Assembly: GCA_030726725.1 (NCBI GenBank)
Contig: JANRDC010000006.1
Span: forward strand, 4,171-68,170
DNA length: 64,000 nt
Source of the DNA: Flavobacteriaceae bacterium
Lineage (GTDB): Bacteria; Bacteroidota; Bacteroidia; Flavobacteriales; Flavobacteriaceae
Direction of reading: 5' to 3'
Below the pieces are notes generated by a model that was given only the letters and a program-made list of their open reading frames with translations, ran no database searches and was not told the origin of the DNA. Position 1 is the stretch's first letter; every line of letters begins with the position of its first letter. Made by a program: the position numbers and the translations under genes. Positions 53,321 through 61,198 of this stretch are shown here, one piece after another.

Positions 53321-54718
53321 ATGAAAAAATCATTAATGGCTGCCCTTTTTGCTGGGACCCTTTTTTTTGCTTCTTGCGAGCAAGAAGTTGTGATCGACGA
53401 TGCACAATTGCAAGAAATCGTTGACGCTGCAGTTGCTGCTGCACTTCAAAACTATCCCAACACCCAAGCTATTGCTGACGCTGCTGCTGCTGCTGCAACT
53501 CAAGCAGTAAACGCTGGTATTGCTTCATTGGACATCAACGGAGCTATCCAAGCTGCTTTGGATGCTGCTGATGCAATCGCTAACCCTGAAGTAGTAAACG
53601 TAGGTACCGGTGGTATCTTAGAAATCACTACCAACACTACTTGGACCAACGACAAGATCTGGTTTATGAGTGGTAAAGTAGTTGTTAAATCTGGCGCTAC
53701 TTTGACTATTGAAGAAGGAACTATCGTTAAAGCTGCTGGTGGACAAGGTTCTAACGCTACTGTATTGTTGGTTGCTCAAGGTGGAAAAATCAACGCAGTA
53801 GGTACTGCTGCTAAACCCATCATCTTTACTGACTTCCAAGATCAAATCACTTATGCCCACGGTGGTGTGAGCCCAAACCGTTCATTAGGTGACCGCGGTA
53901 AGTGGGGATCTATCGTAATTTTAGGAAAAGCTAAAGTTGGTGAAGACGGTGGTACTGAAGATATCGAAGGTATTACCTCAGGATTTGATTTCACTGTATA
54001 TGGTGGTTCTGACGATGCTGATAACTCTGGTGTATTGAAATATGTATCTATCCGCCACACAGGTACTCAAGTAGCTGGTGGAGATGAGCTACAAGGTTTG
54101 ACCATGGGTGGTGTTGGTTCTGGAACTGTAATTGATAATGTTGAGCTTTTGGGTTCAAACGACGACGGTATCGAAATCTTTGGTGGTGCTGTAAACGTTA
54201 CCAACTTGGTAGTTTATGGTCACAAAGATGATGGTATTGATTTGGATGAGGCTTACAAAGGAACTATCAGCAATGCTTTGATTTACATGGCAGCTGATTC
54301 TGACACTGCTTTTGAAATCGACGGTACTGAGGACGGTACTGGCACTGTAAAAGGAGAGTATACTGTACAAAATGTAACTGTATACGGCACTTTGGATGCT
54401 GAAAAAACAGCTACGCTTGGTGACTATAAATCAGGTGCTACCGGTTTGAACAAAAACATCGCATATGTTGACTTTAAAGACGGTTCTGGTTACAAAGGAA
54501 TCGATGCTGGTAAATACGGCGGAGCTGGAACAGCTACTGCAGTTGACAAATTGTTCTTCAACAGCGTAGTGTTTGTTGGTGGTTCAGCCAACACTAAAGC
54601 TACATTATTAAACGGTAAAGCTTCAGAAGACTCTGCTACATGGTTGACTGTTGCTTCAACAAAAGCTGCTACAGCTGGTGCTGACGAATCAGTATTTGGT
54701 TGGACTCAAGTAAAATAA
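53321..54718 (+). CDS. abundant-looking surface lipoprotein of unknown family (Ala-rich helical N-terminus + beta-helix-like body)
   Basis: 465-aa ORF with lipoprotein signal LFFASC. Codon bias is strong (GCT/GGT/ACT/GTT). The body is a Gly/Thr/Asp-rich repetitive strand pattern (VIDNVELLGSNDDGIEIFGGAVNVTNLVVYGHKDDGIDLDEAY). Confidence 0.8.
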   Translation: MKKSLMAALFAGTLFFASCEQEVVIDDAQLQEIVDAAVAAALQNYPNTQAIADAAAAAATQAVNAGIASLDINGAIQAALDAADAIANPEVVNVGTGGILEITTNTTWTNDKIWFMSGKVVVKSGATLTIEEGTIVKAAGGQGSNATVLLVAQGGKINAVGTAAKPIIFTDFQDQITYAHGGVSPNRSLGDRGKWGSIVILGKAKVGEDGGTEDIEGITSGFDFTVYGGSDDADNSGVLKYVSIRHTGTQVAGGDELQGLTMGGVGSGTVIDNVELLGSNDDGIEIFGGAVNVTNLVVYGHKDDGIDLDEAYKGTISNALIYMAADSDTAFEIDGTEDGTGTVKGEYTVQNVTVYGTLDAEKTATLGDYKSGATGLNKNIAYVDFKDGSGYKGIDAGKYGGAGTATAVDKLFFNSVVFVGGSANTKATLLNGKASEDSATWLTVASTKAATAGADESVFGWTQVK

Positions 54719-54750
54719 TCGAATACTTTTCACAATAAAGTAGACAAAGA

Positions 54751-54780
54751 ATAGCCCTAAGCGATTAGGGCTATTTTTTA
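54751..54780 (+). terminator. intrinsic terminator or attenuator between the lipoprotein gene and the TonB-dependent receptor gene
   Basis: 10-bp stem ATAGCCCTAA (54751-54760) / TTAGGGCTAT (54765-54774) with loop GCGA, followed by a T-run. Confidence 0.75.
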
Positions 54781-54792
54781 ATTTTTGATATT

Positions 54793-57600
54793 ATGAAAAA
54801 ACTAGTGTTTTTGTTTTTGGGTCTGATGACTCAGTGGGCCTTTGGTCAGTCGGTGATTTCCGGAGTAGTGATCGATGGAGATTTTAACGAGCCATTGGCT
54901 TTTGCCAACGTGGTTTTGAAGGCCCAAGGCAGCGATGCCGTACTGGGAGGCTCCATTACTGACTTTGAAGGTCGGTATTCTTTTGATGTTTCTCGTTCTG
55001 GCACCTATGAATTGACCTTTTCTTATTTGGGTTACGAGACAAAATTAATCAGCGATATCCAAGTAGGTGCTTCTGAAGAAAAAGAAGTGACTGTGGTGCT
55101 AAACCCGTTATCCAATGCTTTAGATGAGGTTGTGGTGACTACTTCAGCCCGCAAGAACAGTGAATCTTCTGTTTTAGCCATTCAAAAAGGCGCCGTGATT
55201 TTGATGGATGGTTTGTCTGCGCAAAACATCAGAAAAACCGGTGACGGAAACGTGGCTGCTGCCATCAAACGTATCCCTGGGGTTTCTGTACAAGGGGGTA
55301 AATTTGTGTATGTGCGCGGTTTAGGAGATCGTTATTCCAAGACTTTGTTGGGTGGATTGGAAGTTCCTGGTTTAGATCCAGACAAGAACACCCTTCAATT
55401 AGATATCTTCCCTACAGGATTGTTGGACAATATTTTGGTGAGCAAGTCAGCCAGTGCTGAAATGGGCGCTGATTTTACTGGAGGGATTGTGGATGTAGTC
55501 CTACGGGATTTCTCTACTTTACCTGAGTACAGTGTAACCGTTTCGACCAATTACAACAGCGATACCAACCTACAAGAGGCTCCAGCTTTGGCTGATGGTT
55601 CTTTGAATGGTTTGTCTTTTGACAGCGGCAACAATGATCTACCTTTCTCTTCCACAAAACAAATTCCCTTACCTGAGTCGTTTTTAACACCGGTTGAGGA
55701 GCGTGTATTGGTGAATTCAACTAAGGCGTTAAACCGTCAAATGGGTGTGAGTAGAGAGAACAACTTGATGGATTACTCCATTGGAATGACTGCTTCTAAC
55801 CAGTACACCTTAACTGATAAGACTTCTTTGGGTTATATAGCTGCGTTAAACTATAAATACGATTCAGATTATTACGCTGAGTTTTTTAACGGTACTGTTT
55901 CTAAGGAAGCTGATTTAGGGGTGATTCCCTATAACTCGCAACAAGGTGAATTGGGAACTATTCAGGCGATTGGCAGCGGAATGTTTGGACTTTCCCTAAA
56001 ATCCGGGAATACCAAACACAAAATATTGGCCTTGGCCATCAAAAGTGGGGAGAGCAATGCGATTGACGGAGTACTACAAGACTTTATCGAAAACCCCTAC
56101 TACGGTGCGGCCAATATCATGACCCATACTGAACGCAATATTTTGACCATTCCGGTGACAGGAAGCTATAAGCTGGACAAATGGTCGATTGACTGGAAAG
56201 TCGCTCCATCTGTAGTTTCTGTAAAAGATTTGGATTTTAGAAAGGCTGTATTTAATCAATTGCCCGACGGTACTCGATTGATCAGCAACAACACGACAAC
56301 TTTTCCAGAGCGTTTGTGGAGAAACTTGGACGAGAACAGTTTGGCAGGTAAACTGGACTTCAAATACGATTTTAAACTCGGTGATAAAGAAAGCCAGCTG
56401 AAGTTTGGCGGTGCCTACTTATCTAAAGACAGAACCTTCAGCACAGATCGTTTCTCGATCGGGTATGAAGGTCCCTCTGCAGAATTAGGTGGAGATTTCG
56501 ACAACATCCTCAACCCTAACTTTATTTGGTCTGTGGCCAAAGGTAAAGGTTCGTATTTGTTTGGTGAATTCCAACCCACCGACCAGTATGAATCCACGAG
56601 CCAAACCCTAGCTGGATATGTGTCTAACGACATCAAGTTCAGCGATAAATTTAAAACTGTACTGGGTGTTCGCTACGAGATGTACACCACTACCTATACC
56701 GGAGAAAACATCGAGCGCCAACAATTTAACGAGGAGGAGTTTATCGACGTGGCGGATTTCTATCCTTCTGCTAACTTGATTTACTCATTTAACGAGGCAA
56801 CTAACTTGAGATTTTCTTATTCTAAAACCACGGCCAGACCTAGCTTTAGAGAAAACTCAGCTGCGCAAATTTACGATCCAATCACGGAGCGTTTCTTTTT
56901 GGGTAATACAGATTTGACGCCTACTTATGTAGACAACTTAGATATGCGTTGGGAAAAATTTGGTGAAGGAAACCAAATTACCGCCATGAGTTTGTTTTAC
57001 AAAAAGTTTACTGACCCGATTGAGATTTTCTACTACAGCATTACAGCGCCCAATGTGTTGATCGGAAGAAACAACGAAGAAGCGGTGGTTTACGGTGCTG
57101 AGTTTGAGTACAGAAAGAACCTCATCGACACTGAGTTGGATCGATTGTCTTTAAACCTAAATGCTTCTGTGATTGTATCTGAGCTTCAGATGAGCGAACA
57201 AGAGTATCAGGGTAGAAAAGTCAATGAGCCCAACAGGGACATTTCTGATGTGAGACAACTACAAGGACAATCTCCTTACTTGATCAACGCGGGGGTAAAC
57301 TACAACCTTTTTGCCAAAGCCATCGAGGCCGGTATCTATTATAATGTTCAAGGGAGAGCGCTTCAAGTCATTGGGGTAGGTAGCTTGCCTGATGTGTATA
57401 CAGAGCCATTCCACGGGTTGAATGTCAATTTGAGCAAGTCGTTTGGACAGGACAATAAAAAAACCCTTTCTTTAAAAGTAGAGAACTTGTTGAACGATGT
57501 TCGCGAGAGCAGATTTGACTACTTTGGCAATACTGAGTATCTGTTTTCTAGTTTAAAACCAGGAATGGATGTCTCTTTAGGATTTGCCTATAAGTTTTAA
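54793..57600 (+). CDS. TonB-dependent receptor with an N-terminal carboxypeptidase-regulatory-like domain
   Basis: 935-aa ORF with a signal peptide, a CarboxypepD_reg-like start (VISGVVIDGDFNEPLAFANVVLK...GRYSF), a plug (GVSVQGGKFVYVRGLGDRYS) and the barrel terminus GFAYKF. Confidence 0.9.
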   Translation: MKKLVFLFLGLMTQWAFGQSVISGVVIDGDFNEPLAFANVVLKAQGSDAVLGGSITDFEGRYSFDVSRSGTYELTFSYLGYETKLISDIQVGASEEKEVTVVLNPLSNALDEVVVTTSARKNSESSVLAIQKGAVILMDGLSAQNIRKTGDGNVAAAIKRIPGVSVQGGKFVYVRGLGDRYSKTLLGGLEVPGLDPDKNTLQLDIFPTGLLDNILVSKSASAEMGADFTGGIVDVVLRDFSTLPEYSVTVSTNYNSDTNLQEAPALADGSLNGLSFDSGNNDLPFSSTKQIPLPESFLTPVEERVLVNSTKALNRQMGVSRENNLMDYSIGMTASNQYTLTDKTSLGYIAALNYKYDSDYYAEFFNGTVSKEADLGVIPYNSQQGELGTIQAIGSGMFGLSLKSGNTKHKILALAIKSGESNAIDGVLQDFIENPYYGAANIMTHTERNILTIPVTGSYKLDKWSIDWKVAPSVVSVKDLDFRKAVFNQLPDGTRLISNNTTTFPERLWRNLDENSLAGKLDFKYDFKLGDKESQLKFGGAYLSKDRTFSTDRFSIGYEGPSAELGGDFDNILNPNFIWSVAKGKGSYLFGEFQPTDQYESTSQTLAGYVSNDIKFSDKFKTVLGVRYEMYTTTYTGENIERQQFNEEEFIDVADFYPSANLIYSFNEATNLRFSYSKTTARPSFRENSAAQIYDPITERFFLGNTDLTPTYVDNLDMRWEKFGEGNQITAMSLFYKKFTDPIEIFYYSITAPNVLIGRNNEEAVVYGAEFEYRKNLIDTELDRLSLNLNASVIVSELQMSEQEYQGRKVNEPNRDISDVRQLQGQSPYLINAGVNYNLFAKAIEAGIYYNVQGRALQVIGVGSLPDVYTEPFHGLNVNLSKSFGQDNKKTLSLKVENLLNDVRESRFDYFGNTEYLFSSLKPGMDVSLGFAYKF

Positions 57601-57621
57601 TACTCGGTTTTTTTAAGATTT

Positions 57622-57650
57622 AAATCCCCCAGCAATGGGGGATTTTTTTG
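57622..57650 (+). terminator. intrinsic terminator after the TonB-dependent receptor gene
   Basis: Stem AAATCCCCC (57622-57630) / GGGGGATTT (57637-57645) with a 6-nt loop. The T-run extends to 57649. Confidence 0.8.
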
Positions 57651-57752
57651 TTTTTGGGGTATTTGAATTATTTATTTGATTTATAGCATGTTAGGTAATT
57701 GTTTCCCATTTTAAATCAATGTTAACTCAGCGCAGCCTAAATCAATTATCTT

Positions 57753-57760
57753 TACATTTG
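57753..57760 (+). promoter_or_regulatory. candidate -7 box (TACATTTG) for the two-component system operon
   Basis: Exact match 23 nt upstream of the ATG at 57783. Confidence 0.45.
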
Positions 57761-57782
57761 ACCTAATCTATAGGTAACTGTT

Positions 57783-58475
57783 ATGAACGAGACTGAGATC
57801 ATAATCCTTTTGGTAGACGATGAGCCGGATATTTTGGAGATCGTTTCCTACAACTTGATGGCCGAAGGCTATAAGGTGTACACGGCAAAAAACGGGATTG
57901 AGGCCTTGGAAAAAGCCAAAAAGAAGAAACCACATTTGATTATTCTCGATGTGATGATGCCAGAAATGGATGGGATTGAAGCCTGTGAGGCGATTAGAAA
58001 CACCCCTGAATTGGCGCATACCCTGGTCGCGTTCTTGACTGCCAGAGGGGAAGATTACTCTCAGATGGCTGGTTTTGATGCAGGTGCCGACGATTACATC
58101 ACCAAACCGATCAAACCTAAGGTTTTGGTGAGCAAAGTAAAGTCGCTACTCAGACGTGTCAATGTGGCTGATGCTCAAGAAGAGCTCGGAGACATCTATG
58201 TAGTTGGGGACATCACCATCAATAAAGAAGAGTACAAAGTACTCGTTAAAGACAAAGAGCTCGTTTTGCCCAGAAAGGAATTTGAGCTCCTTACCCTGTT
58301 GACGTCTAAACCCAATAAAGTGTTTAAAAGAGAAGCAATTCTGGACACAGTTTGGGGCAGTGAGGTGGTTGTCGGTGGTAGAACCATCGATGTGCACATC
58401 AGAAAATTGCGCGAAAAAATAGGCGATGACTACTTCAAAACAGTCAAAGGGGTAGGGTATAAGTTTCATTTATAA
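57783..58475 (+). CDS. OmpR/PhoB-family response regulator
   Basis: 230-aa ORF with a receiver domain (ILLVDDEPDIL...ILDVMMPEMDG) and a winged-helix output domain (TIDVHIRKLREKI...TVKGVGYKF). Confidence 0.92.
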   Translation: MNETEIIILLVDDEPDILEIVSYNLMAEGYKVYTAKNGIEALEKAKKKKPHLIILDVMMPEMDGIEACEAIRNTPELAHTLVAFLTARGEDYSQMAGFDAGADDYITKPIKPKVLVSKVKSLLRRVNVADAQEELGDIYVVGDITINKEEYKVLVKDKELVLPRKEFELLTLLTSKPNKVFKREAILDTVWGSEVVVGGRTIDVHIRKLREKIGDDYFKTVKGVGYKFHL

Positions 58476-59528
58476 ATGTCTCAAAAACTCAGAAAGCCGT
58501 ATCGATTTGCGGCGATTACATCCCTGTTGATCTCTGCTTTGCTCACCTTTTTGGTGGGCTTTTTGTTTGATTCCTGGAGCGCGCAGATGACGCTCTCTTT
58601 GGTGGCGTTTGCCTTCCTGTCGTTCGTGCTCACCTTTGTCGTGATTCAGTGGCGCATCGAACAGTTTATCTACTCTAGGATAAAAAAACTGTACGACGAT
58701 TTGACGATTTTACAGTCCAGCGCCATCAATACGGGCCCAGTGACTACTGACATGAAAACCCTGACGGCGGAAATTGAAAAATTTGCCCAGGAAAAGAAAT
58801 TGGAAATTGATGGTTTAAAGGTACGAGAACAATACCGCAAAGATTTTTTAGGCAATATATCTCATGAATTGAAGACTCCGCTGTTCATGATTCAAGGATA
58901 TATTTTGACCTTATTGGACGGTGCTGTGGACGACAAAAAAGTGGCTAAAAAATACCTGCAGCGGGCCGCCAAAGGGGTGGACCGATTGACCTACATCATC
59001 AAAGATTTGGACTTGATTACCAAGTTTGAGGCGGGTAACTTGACGGTAGAGCCTGAAGCGTTTGACGCCGTTGATCTGGTGAGGTCTGTTTTTGAAATGC
59101 TCGAGATGCGGGCCTCAAAAAAAAATATTACCCTTACCTTTGACATGGAATACCAACAGCCCATTATGGTGTGGGCTGATGCGGAAAAAATCCAGCAGGT
59201 ATTGACCAATTTGATTGTCAATGCGATCAAGTACGGGCATGAAGATGGAACGATTGAGGTGAGTATTGAGGACTTGGTCAAAAGCAAGGTCATTATCCGA
59301 ATTACTGACAATGGGGAGGGGATTGCTAAGGAGCACATACCGCGCTTGTTTGAGCGTTTTTATCGGGTCGATAAAAGTGGAAGCAGAAAAGAAGGGGGTT
59401 CGGGCTTGGGCTTGTCCATCGTCAAGCACATCATTGAAGCCCACGGAGAAAAAATATATGTGGAAAGTGTTTTGGGGGTGGGATCAGAGTTTTCCTTCAC
59501 CTTGGAAAAGCACCAAAAAAAGGAATAG
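58476..59528 (+). CDS. sensor histidine kinase (PhoR/EnvZ-like, two TM segments)
   Basis: 350-aa ORF whose start abuts the regulator stop. It has H box SHELKTPL, N box NLIVNAIKY and G boxes DNGEGI / GSGLGLSIV. Confidence 0.9.
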   Translation: MSQKLRKPYRFAAITSLLISALLTFLVGFLFDSWSAQMTLSLVAFAFLSFVLTFVVIQWRIEQFIYSRIKKLYDDLTILQSSAINTGPVTTDMKTLTAEIEKFAQEKKLEIDGLKVREQYRKDFLGNISHELKTPLFMIQGYILTLLDGAVDDKKVAKKYLQRAAKGVDRLTYIIKDLDLITKFEAGNLTVEPEAFDAVDLVRSVFEMLEMRASKKNITLTFDMEYQQPIMVWADAEKIQQVLTNLIVNAIKYGHEDGTIEVSIEDLVKSKVIIRITDNGEGIAKEHIPRLFERFYRVDKSGSRKEGGSGLGLSIVKHIIEAHGEKIYVESVLGVGSEFSFTLEKHQKKE

Positions 59529-59531
59529 ATA

Positions 59532-60200
59532 TTGGGAAGTAAGAATAAGTTAAAGAGATTTAGGGAGAACGAGGGATTTGCCCATGTGTTGCAGCCTTCT
59601 CGCGATGAAATTTTAACCGGCCAATACGCCCAGCCTGGCTACTGGTCTTCATTTTTTGGCAACGATCATCCGATTGTTTTAGAGTTGGGTTGTGGCAAAG
59701 GGGAATACACCATCGGACTGGCCAAGCGCAATAAAAACATCAACTATATCGGGGTGGACATCAAGGGCGCTCGCTTTTGGCGCGGGGCGAAAACCGCCCA
59801 CGAAAGCGGACTCAAAAATGTCGCTTTTGTGCGCACCCAGATCGAGTTGATCGATTGGGTCTTTGCCCCTGAGAGCATCTCAGAGATCTGGATTACCTTC
59901 CCAGATCCTCAGATCAAGTTCCAACGCACCAAACACCGAATGACCAACCCTGCTTTTTTGGCGAGGTACAAAAAAATTCTCCTCCCAGGAGCCCCAGTTC
60001 ACCTCAAGACAGATTCAGCTTTTCTACACGGGTATACCTTGGGATTGTGCTACGGTTTGGGCTTAGAAATCCAGTACGCCAACCACCACGTCTATCGCAA
60101 TGAAGGCAGTCCTGCTGAAGTGTTGGAGATACAAACCTTCTATGAATCCCAATATTTAGCTTTGGGTACCCCAATCACTTATATGCGCTTTATTCCCTAG
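59532..60200 (+). CDS. trmB: tRNA (guanine-N7)-methyltransferase
   Basis: 222-aa ORF with a TTG start 3 nt after the kinase stop. It has the family-typical N-terminus GSKNKLKRFRENE, a SAM motif LELGCGKGEY and FPDPQIK. Confidence 0.9.
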   Translation: MGSKNKLKRFRENEGFAHVLQPSRDEILTGQYAQPGYWSSFFGNDHPIVLELGCGKGEYTIGLAKRNKNINYIGVDIKGARFWRGAKTAHESGLKNVAFVRTQIELIDWVFAPESISEIWITFPDPQIKFQRTKHRMTNPAFLARYKKILLPGAPVHLKTDSAFLHGYTLGLCYGLGLEIQYANHHVYRNEGSPAEVLEIQTFYESQYLALGTPITYMRFIP

Positions 60201-60818
60201 ATGACCCATTTATTGCTCTTGTTTTTCTCCACGTTTTCTGCGGCATTTATGGCCTCAGCCCCACCTGGACTTTTAAATCTAAACGCGGCAAAAACCAGGG
60301 TGAGCCAAGGGAAAACTTATGCGTATATGTTTGGGTTAGGGGTGATTTCTGCGGTGGTCATTCAGTCCGGTATCGCAGTTTGGATCGCGAGATATGTCGC
60401 CAGAAATCCAGATTTAATCCGTTGGATGCTTTGGTTTGCGGTGGGGATGTTTGCCGTATTGGCCGTTTATTTTTTTAGTTCACCCACCCAAAAAAATCCG
60501 ATTGAAGGCATTGTCTTCAAGAAGAAATACAGTTTTTGGAAAGGTTTTGGGATGGCCCTGGCCAATATGCTCACGATTCCCTACTACGTCGGCCTACACG
60601 CCATGTGGCGCGCTTCAGGTTGGATTTTTTTTGCTCCCGAGGACATCGCTGTGTTTGTGGTGGCAGCGTCATTAGGGACGGGCTTTTTGCTGTATTTATA
60701 CATCGAGTTTTTTCAAAAACTTCTGGCTGACCCCAATCAAATGCCCAAACGATTCAACAATTGGCTCGGGGCATTGATGGTTGTTTTGATGCTGCTTGCA
60801 ATCTACCGTTTATTTTGA
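60201..60818 (+). CDS. LysE-family translocator
   Basis: 205-aa ORF with about six TM segments. Its size and pattern fit the LysE/RhtB family. Confidence 0.6.
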   Translation: MTHLLLLFFSTFSAAFMASAPPGLLNLNAAKTRVSQGKTYAYMFGLGVISAVVIQSGIAVWIARYVARNPDLIRWMLWFAVGMFAVLAVYFFSSPTQKNPIEGIVFKKKYSFWKGFGMALANMLTIPYYVGLHAMWRASGWIFFAPEDIAVFVVAASLGTGFLLYLYIEFFQKLLADPNQMPKRFNNWLGALMVVLMLLAIYRLF

Positions 60819-61168
60819 CCATTTACAGTCCAGATACTACCTCATTTTTTGAGCGCGTGTACGTTGTTGTGCGCCAAATCCCTTATGGTCGTGTCACCTC
60901 TTATGGAGCTATAGCTGCGTTTTTAGGTAGGCGGGGCAGCGCCCGAATGGTCGGTTGGGCGATGAATGCAGCCCACAATTTGTCCGATGTGCCTGCCCAT
61001 AGGGTGGTCAATCGCGTGGGCATGCTCACGGGAAAACACCATTTTGCGGGGACACACTTGATGCAGCAGCTCTTGGAAAGCGAGGGTGTTTTGGTGCAAC
61101 AAGATCAAGTGGTCCACTTTAAAGAGCACTTTTGGGACCCCACCAAGGCTTTATCTTCTAAAGGTTAA
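60815..61168 (+). CDS. alkyltransferase-like (ATL) MGMT-family DNA-binding protein lacking the acceptor cysteine
   Basis: The ORF has an MGMT DNA-binding-domain sequence (VRQIPYGRVTSYGAIAA...) but PAHRVVN where PCHRV would be. I prefer the TTG start at 60815, which overlaps the upstream TGA (TTGA). The listed TTG at 60761 would overlap the LysE gene by 58 nt. Confidence 0.7.
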   Translation: MTIYSPDTTSFFERVYVVVRQIPYGRVTSYGAIAAFLGRRGSARMVGWAMNAAHNLSDVPAHRVVNRVGMLTGKHHFAGTHLMQQLLESEGVLVQQDQVVHFKEHFWDPTKALSSKG

Positions 61169-61172
61169 GTCG

Positions 61173-61180
61173 TATCTTTG
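61173..61180 (+). promoter_or_regulatory. candidate -7 box (TATCTTTG) for mrp/apbC-nifU
   Basis: Exact match 19 nt upstream of the ATG at 61199. Confidence 0.45.
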
Positions 61181-61198
61181 CGCCTAAAATAGGCAGTC

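Noticed and set aside
53400-53590. A GCT-rich repetitive stretch at the 5' end of the lipoprotein gene.
   Set aside because: It encodes the Ala-rich N-terminal helical segment in frame, with no fixed repeat unit.
52998-59528. Interpreting the lower-G+C block as a horizontally acquired genomic island.
   Set aside because: It has no integrase, tRNA attachment site, flanking direct repeats or mobility genes. The strongest bias is in the lipoprotein gene and resembles ribosomal-protein codon usage. I kept it only as a compositional observation.
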